Assembly: GCA_041613315.1 (NCBI GenBank)
Contig: JBFJHJ010000007.1
Span: 25,759-89,758 of the forward strand
DNA from: Gemmatimonadales bacterium
GTDB lineage: Bacteria > Gemmatimonadota > Gemmatimonadetes > Gemmatimonadales > GWC2-71-9
Length of the DNA stretch: 64,000 bases
Direction: 5' to 3'
Under the pieces are notes generated by a model. It was given only the letters and a program-made list of their open reading frames with translations. It did no database searches and had not been told where the DNA came from. A program made the translations under genes and the position numbers. Positions 10,539-19,494 of the stretch are shown here, piece after piece. Positions within the stretch are counted from its first letter, which is position 1; each line of letters opens with the position of its first letter.

Positions 10539-11923
10539 GGAATCACGCCGGTCGTGTCGCGGGTAAAGATCCAGTACGGCAGGCCGAGTTTCCGCCCGAT
10601 GGATTCCGCGGCGTCGCGCGTCGGGTGGGGGCCGATCACCACGCGATACGGCTCATCGGGAAGGGTTGGCGCCAGGACCGTGGCGTTGATCCCGGCCCGC
10701 CGGAGGTCGGCGGCCCGCTCCTCGGCCCAGGCCTGATTGATGGTGCTGCTCACCTGGACCCAGTACGACAGGGTGGGTTGGATGAGCTCCGCCACGGTGG
10801 TGTCGCTCACGAACTCGAGGGCCGGACGGTGGGGGTCCCAGGCCGCGATGAGCCAGCGGTCGCCGGTCACCGCCTGAGCGATCCCGCGGAGGGCGAGCGA
10901 ATCGGGGGAGAGGGCGACCACCGCCGCCCCCTGGGGGACTACGAGGGTGCCGTCCGCGGCGCCGGCCGGCAAGTCGCGATCCCAGGATCCCTGGACCGCG
11001 CCGACGAGGCGCCAGCGCGCGAGATCGACGACCCACACCGAATCCGCCGTCCCGAGGCGCAGCAGCACGAGGCGTCCGCGAGGGTCGACCCGCAGCGCCG
11101 TGGCGGGGCCAGGGAGCGGCATGCGCGTCAGCGGTGCCAGCTCGAAGCGTTCCACTGCGAGCAGCTCGGTGGCGCTCGTGGCGTAGATGCGATGCGCCGA
11201 GGGCGAGAAGGCCGCGAGCTGCGGCGCCGGCCTGAGCCGGACGAACCCACGCGTCGCGGGATCGGCCGGATGGATCGTGACGATCCCGGAATCCGTCGCG
11301 ACGGCGACCAGATCTCCCCATGCGCTGACCGCCACATGGCCGTCGGGGAGGCGCTGGCGCACGGGCGTCGCGCTTTCGCCGAGGAGCTCGAGGACGCGCG
11401 CAGTGTCGCTCACGATCAGCCCGATGAGACGGTTCCGCACGGCGCCCCATACCGCGCGCGGGGGCGCGGAGAAGCCGTGCGACCACCGGGTCGGCGCCCG
11501 ATGCTGAACGACGGCGACGGTGCCGCTGTCGTACACGACGTAGGTCGTCCCCGTGGGCCCGAGCGTGGCGAGCGCCACGGCCGTATCGACCACACGCGCG
11601 CGGCCGGTCGCCAGGTCCAACGCGACCAGCTCGCGTTGCTGCGTGAGGGTGTAGACCAGGTCGTCGTCGCTCGCGAACCCCACGGGGAGGTGCGTGGGCG
11701 CGGCAGCGCCCTCGAAGCGCCACGCCACCTCTTCCAGGCCGGGCAGATGATAGAGCTTGGGGTCGCCCGCCGTCTGTCCGGGAAACCGAAACGCGACCGA
11801 TGTCCCCACGCCCGTCGAGCGCGCCGTGCGGGCGAGCGCGTCTTTCACCGGGTTGGCGTGCCGCCCGGCATCACAGGCCGCGAGGCCCACCACGAGGAGC
11901 GCGAGCAAGCAGGATGGACGCAC
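10535..11923 (-). CDS. Lipoprotein with beta-propeller-like region and C-terminal SPOR domain
   Basis: Lipobox LAAC; C-terminal YWVQVSS...PYRVVIGP. Confidence 0.75.
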   Translation of the reverse strand: MRPSCLLALLVVGLAACDAGRHANPVKDALARTARSTGVGTSVAFRFPGQTAGDPKLYHLPGLEEVAWRFEGAAAPTHLPVGFASDDDLVYTLTQQRELVALDLATGRARVVDTAVALATLGPTGTTYVVYDSGTVAVVQHRAPTRWSHGFSAPPRAVWGAVRNRLIGLIVSDTARVLELLGESATPVRQRLPDGHVAVSAWGDLVAVATDSGIVTIHPADPATRGFVRLRPAPQLAAFSPSAHRIYATSATELLAVERFELAPLTRMPLPGPATALRVDPRGRLVLLRLGTADSVWVVDLARWRLVGAVQGSWDRDLPAGAADGTLVVPQGAAVVALSPDSLALRGIAQAVTGDRWLIAAWDPHRPALEFVSDTTVAELIQPTLSYWVQVSSTINQAWAEERAADLRRAGINATVLAPTLPDEPYRVVIGPHPTRDAAESIGRKLGLPYWIFTRDTTGVIP

Positions 11924-12005
11924 GGGCGCAAGCTAAGGGAGAGCGGACGCGGAGTGCAAGGCGGGCCCGGCCGCGCTTCCGCTCCCCGCCCCGATCAACC
12001 GTCTG

Positions 12006-15000
12006 CTAGAAGGTCGGTCCGAGACTCAGCGTCCAGTACGCGCCCGTGTCCTCGCGCGACAGCGGCTTGGCGTAGTCGGCGCGCAGGATCACGATACCCA
12101 GCAGGTTGGTGCGGAGCGAGAATCCCACGCTGGTGAGGGGTTGGCGGACCCGGGCCGGGTCGTCCTGCGGGTGGCGGCGCAGGCGAAGCGCCGCCTCGCT
12201 CGTCCACGCCATGCCGGCGTCGAAAAAGATCGCGCCCTCGATGGGCGGGAAGCGCAGCGGGGCAAACCCGAGGGCGACGGACCGGACGAGCGGGAATCGC
12301 AGCTCCGCGTTGAACACGGCGACGCGGGAGCCGATGAGCTGCTCGAGGGCGCCGCACGACACGGACGTGCGGGACGGGTCCCGGGCGCACTCGTGCTTGC
12401 GGATCGAGCCCGCGGTGTAGCCCCGCACGAGGTCGGGGTTCCCGAGGAAAATCGGGAAGCGTTCCTCGTCCCGACCGAACCGGCCGAAAAAGACGACCCG
12501 CGTGGCGAACGTGAAGCGGCCGACGAGATGGTCGTACCGCCGGTAGTCTGCCAGTACCTGATGGAACCGCCAGCCCCCGATCGCGGGTGCGTACTCGAAG
12601 CGGCTGCGTCGGCCCATCAACGGTCCGACCCAAAAGGGGATCGAATTGTCGAAGACGAACGCGACCGACGGTTGCACGTAATTGACGGTGCCCAGCGACC
12701 GCGCATCACGGTCGAAGCGCGTGGTCTTGGACACGGGGTCGAATACCTGCATGAGGTCGAGGCTCGCGCGGGAGACGTTGGCCGCGCGGACGCCCAGCTC
12801 GAGCCGCCGGAACCGGTCGAAGGGGCGGTGGGCGGAGAAGAACCCCTCCCGGGCGATAAAGCGCTCGAGCGTGACCGTGTACGTCTCGACGCCGGCCGAG
12901 TCGGTCGCGATCCCGGCCCCGGTGAAATAGAAGTACGGGGTCTGGCCCACGCCGGTCGCCCAGTTCACGCGGCGACTCAGGTTGGCGTAGACCCCGAGCA
13001 CCTGTGCCTCCTCGAGCCGGCCATTCAGCTGGGCTAGCGCGAGGACCCGCCGGTTCCCCAGCATGTCCGACAGGGAGATCGCGGTCCCGCCGAAGATGCC
13101 GCTTCCGAAGTTATCCCGCACGTAGCCGATGGACGGCTGCACGATGTAGTCCGGCGACAGCGACGCGGAGTAGTCGCGGAAGATGAAGGCGGAGGTGTCG
13201 GGAAGGTGCAGCGCCGCGCTGTCGAGCAGCGCACGGACCGAGACCAGCGCCGGCGTGCTGTCCGCCGGCGGTGCCGAGCCGCCGCCGGGCGGGAGCTCGG
13301 GTACCGCCCCGTGCGCGACGTGGGGATGCTCATCGGGACCGCCGTTCCCCGGCGCCGCTGTCCCGTCCGCCGTCGAGGGCGATGCCGACGGGGCCATCAG
13401 CGGCGCCACCACCGGCACGTGGGTGTCCGGCGTCCACGGTGTTTTCTTGAGCGCGCGCGGATGGTCAATGGCGTACACGTTGAACTCGCGCCGCTCGTAC
13501 ACGGTAAACGCCAGCCGGTCGGCTTGGGGCGCCCACGAGATCGCCGGGGAAAGCGGCGTGATGCCCGACAGGCCGGTGAACAGGTTCGTCAGCTGATACG
13601 TCGCGCGCTCGTCCTCGTCGTACAGGAACAGGTTCGGGATCCCGGTGCGGTCGGACACGAACGCGATGGAGCGCCCGTCGGGCGCCCACTGCGGGTTGAG
13701 GTTCTCCCCCACCATCTCGGGCACCCGCTCGATGGCGTGGTTGTCGAGCCGATAGATCGCGACGGCGAGGGATCCGACCGTGAGCGTGGCGAAATCGGTG
13801 GACTCCCCCCGATCGGTGACGAACGCGATGCGGGTGCCGTCAGGTGACCAGGCGGGGTGCAGGTCGGCGGCGCGATCGTGCGTGAGGCGCTGCAGCCCGG
13901 TCCCGTCGGCGTTGATGATGAAGAGGTCCGAGAAGCCACCTTCGTACCCGGTGAACGCGAGTCGGCGGCCATCGGGGGACCATGACGGCGTCGTGACACC
14001 GTGGAGCGGCACCGGGATCCGCGTTCGCACCCGGTGGTGCAGCATGTCGTAGATGACGAGATCGTCCCGCCCCCCGTGCTTGACCGCGATGGCGAACAGC
14101 CGCCCGTCGGGCGACCACGCGCCGGCCGAGTTGAGGAAGCGCAGGCTCTCGAAGTCGCTGCTGAACGCGCTCTTGATCAGCCGCCGCTGCACGCTGCCGG
14201 TTTCAGCGTCGGCCAGATAGAGGTCGATGAAGTACGAGCCGCCCTCGGAGAAGTACGCGATCTCACGGCCGTCGGGGGAGATGGCCGGGGCGATATGGAG
14301 TGTCCCCGGCGTGCGCTCCCCGACCAGCACCGGACGCCCGACCTCGCGGGCGCGCTGGTGGTCGGTGAGCTGCGGCAGATAGGTCCGCTGCACGGCGACC
14401 TGCCACTCGCGTACCAGCGTCTCGAGCGACATCCCCAGGACCCGGTGGAACGCCGCGTCCACGCCGGACGCGGCGGCGCCGTGGAGCAGCTCGGCCACCG
14501 CACCGTCGCCCCAGCGCTCGCCGATGTAGGACCAGAGCGCGTGACCGAAGCGGTACGGGGAATAGCGCGGATCGTGGGTGAGCGCGTGCAGCGTCGGGAG
14601 CCCGCCCTCCAGCGCCGCGTCCCGCAGCCACATCGCGGTCTGGGGAGTGACCGGCCCGAGGGCGAGGTACTCGGCCATCCCCTCCATGAACCACAACGGC
14701 GGGTTCACGGCGATCAGTTGTTGGATGCCGCCGCCCACGTGGCCGCGGGCGAAGACGTCGATCTGGAACTGGTGGACGATCTCGTGCTGCAGCATGTGCT
14801 CGAACTCCGCGTACGAGCCCGTGAACGGCAGCAACACCCGGTGGCGGAGGAACTCGGTGACCCCGCCGGTGCCCTCCCCGATGGGGGTGACGTTGTTCTG
14901 CTGGAAGTCGGTGTGCGAGGCGAAGAGGATGATGGGGCGGCGGTCGCGGTAGTGATGATTCAGCAGCCGGGACAGCCGGGCGTAGGCCCGCTCGGCCATG

Positions 15001-15182
15001 CGGGCCCCGTCGACCGCAGCCTCCCGCACCGCGTCGTAGTAATAGACGTCGAAATGCTCGGTCTCGATGACCGCGAAGTCCAGGTGGCGGTACTGGACGC
15101 GGTTCTGGCCGAAGTACTGCGCCAACGCGGGCGTCGGCGCCGCCATCGTCCCGAGGGCGGCGAGAAGTATGATCGGGCGCAT
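12006..15182 (-). CDS. Omp85/BamA-family protein with N-terminal MA metallopeptidase-like domain and PD40 repeats
   Basis: Signal peptide then QYFGQNRV; HEIVH + EGMAEY; repeated WSPDG; VRGY; terminal LSLGPTF. Confidence 0.85.
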   Translation of the reverse strand: MRPIILLAALGTMAAPTPALAQYFGQNRVQYRHLDFAVIETEHFDVYYYDAVREAAVDGARMAERAYARLSRLLNHHYRDRRPIILFASHTDFQQNNVTPIGEGTGGVTEFLRHRVLLPFTGSYAEFEHMLQHEIVHQFQIDVFARGHVGGGIQQLIAVNPPLWFMEGMAEYLALGPVTPQTAMWLRDAALEGGLPTLHALTHDPRYSPYRFGHALWSYIGERWGDGAVAELLHGAAASGVDAAFHRVLGMSLETLVREWQVAVQRTYLPQLTDHQRAREVGRPVLVGERTPGTLHIAPAISPDGREIAYFSEGGSYFIDLYLADAETGSVQRRLIKSAFSSDFESLRFLNSAGAWSPDGRLFAIAVKHGGRDDLVIYDMLHHRVRTRIPVPLHGVTTPSWSPDGRRLAFTGYEGGFSDLFIINADGTGLQRLTHDRAADLHPAWSPDGTRIAFVTDRGESTDFATLTVGSLAVAIYRLDNHAIERVPEMVGENLNPQWAPDGRSIAFVSDRTGIPNLFLYDEDERATYQLTNLFTGLSGITPLSPAISWAPQADRLAFTVYERREFNVYAIDHPRALKKTPWTPDTHVPVVAPLMAPSASPSTADGTAAPGNGGPDEHPHVAHGAVPELPPGGGSAPPADSTPALVSVRALLDSAALHLPDTSAFIFRDYSASLSPDYIVQPSIGYVRDNFGSGIFGGTAISLSDMLGNRRVLALAQLNGRLEEAQVLGVYANLSRRVNWATGVGQTPYFYFTGAGIATDSAGVETYTVTLERFIAREGFFSAHRPFDRFRRLELGVRAANVSRASLDLMQVFDPVSKTTRFDRDARSLGTVNYVQPSVAFVFDNSIPFWVGPLMGRRSRFEYAPAIGGWRFHQVLADYRRYDHLVGRFTFATRVVFFGRFGRDEERFPIFLGNPDLVRGYTAGSIRKHECARDPSRTSVSCGALEQLIGSRVAVFNAELRFPLVRSVALGFAPLRFPPIEGAIFFDAGMAWTSEAALRLRRHPQDDPARVRQPLTSVGFSLRTNLLGIVILRADYAKPLSREDTGAYWTLSLGPTF

Positions 15183-15187
15183 GTCAC

Positions 15188-15571
15188 CTACCGAGGCGGC
15201 CAGGTGGAGGCCGAGGGCGCATCCGCCCACAGCCGTTCCAGCTGATAGTACGCGCGCAGGGTTGGATGAAAGATGTGCACCACGAAATCGATAAAGTCCA
15301 GAAGGGCCCACCGGCCGGCCGCCAGCCCCTCGACGTGATGCGGCCGCCGGCCGGCGCGCCGCAAGGTCTCCGTCACGTGCTCGGCCAGCGCGCGCACATG
15401 GGTGTCGGACGACCCCGAGGCGATCACGAAATAGTCGGCGGCGTCGCTGAGCGTGCGGAGATCCAGCACGCGGATGTCGAGGGCCTTGTGCGCTTCGAGC
15501 ATGCCGACCGCGAGCCCGACGTCGCGACGCGCGGAGGTCTCTCTTTTTCGGGGGCGAGACGTCTTGGAAAT
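15188..15571 (-). CDS. rsfS: Ribosome silencing factor RsfS (start uncertain: ATT 15571 or ATG 15502)
   Basis: KALDIRVLDL, ADYFVIASG, HVEG, WALLD, VVHIF, YYQLERLW. Confidence 0.9.
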   Translation of the reverse strand: MSKTSRPRKRETSARRDVGLAVGMLEAHKALDIRVLDLRTLSDAADYFVIASGSSDTHVRALAEHVTETLRRAGRRPHHVEGLAAGRWALLDFIDFVVHIFHPTLRAYYQLERLWADAPSASTWPPR

Positions 15572-15585
15572 GGGTCCGCAGCGGC

Positions 15586-17406
15586 TTAGGGCGCCGGCTC
15601 CTCGATCTGGTAGAAGACCGCCCAGGCGCCGGGGCCGGTGTGCACGCCCAGCGCCGCGGTCACCTGGTTCACGAAGCACTCGTCGGGGGCGTAGCGGCGC
15701 AGCAGCTCGTCGCGCAGCCGCGCCGCGACGTCCGGAGCGTCGCCGTGAGCGACCGCGAGTCGGAAGCGCGCGGGCCGTGGGGTGAGCCGACGGTCGAGGT
15801 GGGCCAGGACCCGCGGGATCGTGGCCTCCCGGCCCCGCACGCGATCCAGCGGGATCACGCGGCCTTCGGGGGTGATGTCGAGCAGCGGCTTGATGTCGAG
15901 CAGCCCGCCGAGCCACGCCCGGCCACGGCTGACGCGTCCGGATTGCAGCAGGTTCTCCAGCGTGTCCACCGTGAAGATTCCCCCGGAGCGGTCCCGGATG
16001 GTTCGCAATTCCTGGACGATCGCCTCGACCGGCACCCCCTCCTCGGCCAACTCGGCCGCGCGCAGGGCGAGCAGGCCAAGACCGAACGAGGCGGACCGGG
16101 AATCGACCACCGTGACGCCGTCCACCCCCGAGGCCCGCGCGGCCGTCTGCGCGGACGCCAGCGTGCCCGAGAGCAGCCCGCCCACAAACAGACCGATCAC
16201 CTCATCCGCTTCGGCCCGCGCTTCCTGAAAGGCCCGGGCGATCGCCCCCGGCGCCGGCTGCGAGGTGGTGAACCGCTCCTTCGACTCGCGCATGCGCGCA
16301 TACAGTTCCTGGCCCTGCAGGTCGATCCGGTCGCGGTAGGTCCGCCCCCCTGCCATCACTTGCACCGGCACCACGACGATCCCATGCCGGTCGATCACCT
16401 CGTCGGGGAGGTCGCACGAGGAGTCGACGACGATCGCGATCCGCCGCCGCGCGGCGTGCCGGGCCCGATGCTGCTCGCGCATGTCGTCGGCCTTCGAGGT
16501 CTCCACGGTCCCCCACTCCCGGGCCCGCGCGAACACACGCTCCGGCGTGTCGGTGTGGACGTGGATCTTGAGGAGGTCCGCGGTCGCCACGACCACGATC
16601 GAGCCGCCCAGCTCCCGAAGTGCGGCGCGAACCGCCGTCGTCGGCGGGAGCGCCGCACCGCGGACCAGCGCTTCCGTGCAGAACTGGTAGTCCTGTTCGG
16701 CCAGCACCTGGGTCAGCGCGGCGGCGTCCGGCGGCGTGACGGCGCCGACCGTCTCGGCGGCCGGAAGGATGGGGTCGCCCTCGATCAGCCGGACGATCCC
16801 CTCGAGTACGCGCACGAACGCCTGCCCCCCGGCGTCCACGACGCCGGCGTCCTTCAGGACCTGGAGCAGCTCGGGGGTGCGGGCCAGCGCGGCCCGGGCT
16901 CGCGACAGGACGTACCGCATGAACGCCGCGATGTCGACCGTGCGTCGGGCCGCGGCCTCCGCCTCGTCCGCGGCCTCGCGGCAGACCGTGAGGATCGTCC
17001 CTTCCACCGGCTCGTCGAGCCCGCGGTAGACTCCGTCGGCACCGGCGCGAATGGCGCGGGCCACTTCGGCTGCGGTCGCGGCCCGTACGTCACCCAGCGC
17101 TTCCCGGAACCCCAGCAGGAAGTGCGACAAGAGCATCCCGGAGTTGCCCCGGGCGCCAAACACACAGGCCTCGGCCATCACGCGGGTAATCTGCGGCAGC
17201 TCCGCGCCTTCCAGCGGGCGCACCCCTTCCGCGGCGGCCCGGAGCGTCATCGCGAAATTGGTCCCGGTGTCACCGTCGGGGACCGGAAAGACGTTGATGC
17301 GGTTGAGCTCCTCGCGACCGGCATCCACCCAGTCCGCGGCCGCAAGCAGCGAGCGCCTGAGGCGTGCGCCGTCGAGGTACGTGATGCCGACGGCGACGGC
17401 GGTCAC
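15586..17406 (-). CDS. DAK2 (FakA-like) + DegV (FakB-like) fusion, putative fatty acid kinase
   Basis: INVFPVPDGDTGTN, GARGNSG, VVDAGG, KIHVH; then VDSSCDL, TTSQP, LSGT, SGR, GVHTGPG; GTG overlaps the rplI stop. Confidence 0.9.
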   Translation of the reverse strand: MTAVAVGITYLDGARLRRSLLAAADWVDAGREELNRINVFPVPDGDTGTNFAMTLRAAAEGVRPLEGAELPQITRVMAEACVFGARGNSGMLLSHFLLGFREALGDVRAATAAEVARAIRAGADGVYRGLDEPVEGTILTVCREAADEAEAAARRTVDIAAFMRYVLSRARAALARTPELLQVLKDAGVVDAGGQAFVRVLEGIVRLIEGDPILPAAETVGAVTPPDAAALTQVLAEQDYQFCTEALVRGAALPPTTAVRAALRELGGSIVVVATADLLKIHVHTDTPERVFARAREWGTVETSKADDMREQHRARHAARRRIAIVVDSSCDLPDEVIDRHGIVVVPVQVMAGGRTYRDRIDLQGQELYARMRESKERFTTSQPAPGAIARAFQEARAEADEVIGLFVGGLLSGTLASAQTAARASGVDGVTVVDSRSASFGLGLLALRAAELAEEGVPVEAIVQELRTIRDRSGGIFTVDTLENLLQSGRVSRGRAWLGGLLDIKPLLDITPEGRVIPLDRVRGREATIPRVLAHLDRRLTPRPARFRLAVAHGDAPDVAARLRDELLRRYAPDECFVNQVTAALGVHTGPGAWAVFYQIEEPAP

Positions 17407-17849
17407 GTGTCCTTCACGACCCACACCCGCACGTGGCCCTGCACCTCGGGATGGAGGCGCACCGCCACCGTGTGGGCCCCGATCATTCGGATCGGCTCTT
17501 CCAGCTGCACCGCCCGCTTGTCCACCGGCACGCCTTTGGTGGTCAATTGCTCGGCGATGTCGCCCGAGGTCACCGAGCCGAACAGCTTGTCGCCGTCACC
17601 GGCCTTGGCGGTGAAGTGCAGCTCGAGCTCGGCGAGCCGGGCCGCCACGGCTTCGGCGTCGCTCTTCCCGGCCGCCTGGAGCGCGGCGGTGTGCCTGCTC
17701 TCGGCCTCGACGCGGCGCTTGTTGCCCGGCGTGGCCGGATACGCGAGGCCCCGCGGGAGCAGGTAGTTGCGCGCGTACCCGTCCTTCACCTGGACCACCT
17801 GGCCGGCGCGCCCGACCTTGGCGATCGTCTCACGTAGAATGACTTCCAT
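17403..17849 (-). CDS. rplI: 50S ribosomal protein L9
   Basis: MEVIL...VKDGYARNYLLPRG, KLFGSVT. Confidence 0.97.
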   Translation of the reverse strand: MEVILRETIAKVGRAGQVVQVKDGYARNYLLPRGLAYPATPGNKRRVEAESRHTAALQAAGKSDAEAVAARLAELELHFTAKAGDGDKLFGSVTSGDIAEQLTTKGVPVDKRAVQLEEPIRMIGAHTVAVRLHPEVQGHVRVWVVKDT

Positions 17850-17852
17850 GGC

Positions 17853-18815
17853 TCACTTACTCGCTGGCGGTGTCAGCCACCGCCGTCTGAAGTCCAACCC
17901 CGAATCCAGTACACCCAGAACGATGCTGCCGGCCGTCGCCACTGGCAACATGAGCAGTGCGAGGAGGCCGAGCCCCAGCGCCAGGCCGAGGCCACCGGCC
18001 CCCGCGAAGGCGAGCCCGAACGCCGCCACCGCCACGCCGCGAAGCGCGTACAGCCCCGCCGCCACGACCAGCAAGTTCGCGGCCGCCGCCTTGACGGCGG
18101 CCAGCTTGGGAAGCACGACCACGGCGAGGGACAGCACCGCCGCCCACCCCAGGTGCTCGGTGAAGCGGAAGTCCCGCAGTCGCCCGAGCGGCCGCCCGAT
18201 CGGGCGCGCCGCCACCCGCTGGGCAATCGCCGTGGCCAGGGCGAACGCCGCCAGCAGTTCCAGCGCGAGCAGCGCCGGATAGTAGCGCGAGACCACCTCA
18301 ACCAGCGTGACGAGCCACGCTTCGAATTCCACCAGCGGCTGCGCGGCCCCGCCGCCCAAGGGTCGCGCGGACGCCCACAATTGACCGATCAGGGTGCGTG
18401 CGCTGAGCCCGGTCCGGTGGGCCACCGACCAGCGGAGTGCCCCCCACGACGACCCGAGGGCGACGAACAGGGTGACGAGACCGGCCGCCGCCCCGCCGAT
18501 CGCCACGAGCGCGCGGTGGGTCACCGAAAGCCTCGTCCGCAGGCTGGCCGTCACGAAGAGCACGGTGGCGAAAACGGCCGCCGCGCGCAGCGTTTGATCC
18601 GGAAGCGCACCTCGCGCGAAGAGCCACCACCCGCCGATGCCCGCCGCCACGCCCAGCGTCACGAACTCGACCTTGGCCCGCGGCCGGGCGGCCGCGAGGA
18701 GGGCGGCGAGGGGGAGGGCCAACAGCGCCGGTGGGGCGACGAGGGCAAACGCGGCCACGGCGGCCACGAGTCGCCCGAGCCCGCCCGTGGGGGTCCGCTC
18801 GGACGGGGACGACAC
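17853..18815 (-). CDS. DUF2232/YybS-family membrane protein
   Basis: Multi-TM; position between rpsR and rplI; C-terminal LGVLDSGLDFRRR. Confidence 0.75.
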   Translation of the reverse strand: MSSPSERTPTGGLGRLVAAVAAFALVAPPALLALPLAALLAAARPRAKVEFVTLGVAAGIGGWWLFARGALPDQTLRAAAVFATVLFVTASLRTRLSVTHRALVAIGGAAAGLVTLFVALGSSWGALRWSVAHRTGLSARTLIGQLWASARPLGGGAAQPLVEFEAWLVTLVEVVSRYYPALLALELLAAFALATAIAQRVAARPIGRPLGRLRDFRFTEHLGWAAVLSLAVVVLPKLAAVKAAAANLLVVAAGLYALRGVAVAAFGLAFAGAGGLGLALGLGLLALLMLPVATAGSIVLGVLDSGLDFRRRWLTPPASK

Positions 18816-18820
18816 GGCTG

Positions 18821-19042
18821 CTAGCGGCCGGCGGTCCGAATGAACGAGAGCAGCGCGAGGTGCCGGGCGCGCTTGATCGCGATGGCCAGCTGGCGCTGGT
18901 GGCGGGCACACATCCCCGAGAGCCGGCTGGGGATGATCTTCCCGCGCTCCGTGACGAAGCGTCCCAGGGCCCGTTCGTCCTTGTAATCGAGAACCCGGAC
19001 CCCCATCTCGCAAACCGGGCAGGTCTTGCGGTAGCGTCGCAT
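18821..19042 (-). CDS. rpsR: 30S ribosomal protein S18 (zinc-binding form)
   Basis: CPVC, DYKD, ERGKIIPSR, CARHQR, AIKRAR. Confidence 0.97.
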   Translation of the reverse strand: MRRYRKTCPVCEMGVRVLDYKDERALGRFVTERGKIIPSRLSGMCARHQRQLAIAIKRARHLALLSFIRTAGR

Positions 19043-19395
19043 CAGTCGTCGCCCTCGCTGTCCCCGTCCGTCCGGGCCGCCTGGGCCGGCACCGGCTGGG
19101 GACCCTCGTTCACCACGACGAGGTAGCGCAGCACCTGTTCGTCGAGCTTGATCGCCCGTTCGTACTCGGGAAGCCGATCCGGTGCCGTTTCGAACTTCGC
19201 GACCACGTAATAGCCCACCTCTTTGTTCTTGATCGGGTAGGCCAGCGTGCGCTTGCCCCAGTGGGCCATGGCGCTGACGGGCGTGGACGCGTCCGGGACT
19301 TTGAGGAGCTCGTGAAACCGCTCCAGGTGCTCGTTCACCTGGGTCTCCTCCAGCGCACTATCGAAGATGTAGACCGTCTCGTACTGGCGTGTCAT
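19042..19395 (-). CDS. rpsF: 30S ribosomal protein S6
   Basis: RQYE, WGKRTLAYPI, VLRYLVV. Confidence 0.97.
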   Translation of the reverse strand: MTRQYETVYIFDSALEETQVNEHLERFHELLKVPDASTPVSAMAHWGKRTLAYPIKNKEVGYYVVAKFETAPDRLPEYERAIKLDEQVLRYLVVVNEGPQPVPAQAARTDGDSEGDD

Positions 19396-19396
19396 A

Positions 19397-19452
19397 GGCA
19401 CCATCCTTTGGACGTAGCGACCCCGGCCGGTGCCCGGCCGGAGTAGGTGATG
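19397..19452 (-). promoter_or_regulatory. Putative S6:S18 autogenous leader RNA
   Basis: Minus strand CACCT-ACT-CCGGCCGG-GCA-CCGGCCGG...AGGATGGTG: the outer stem pairs with the rpsF SD region and a CCG follows an internal loop; -10-like TACCTT at 19463-19468. Confidence 0.55.
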
Positions 19453-19494
19453 TGGAGCGCGTAAGGTAATCGTGGACTCGGGCGGGGGGTAGGG

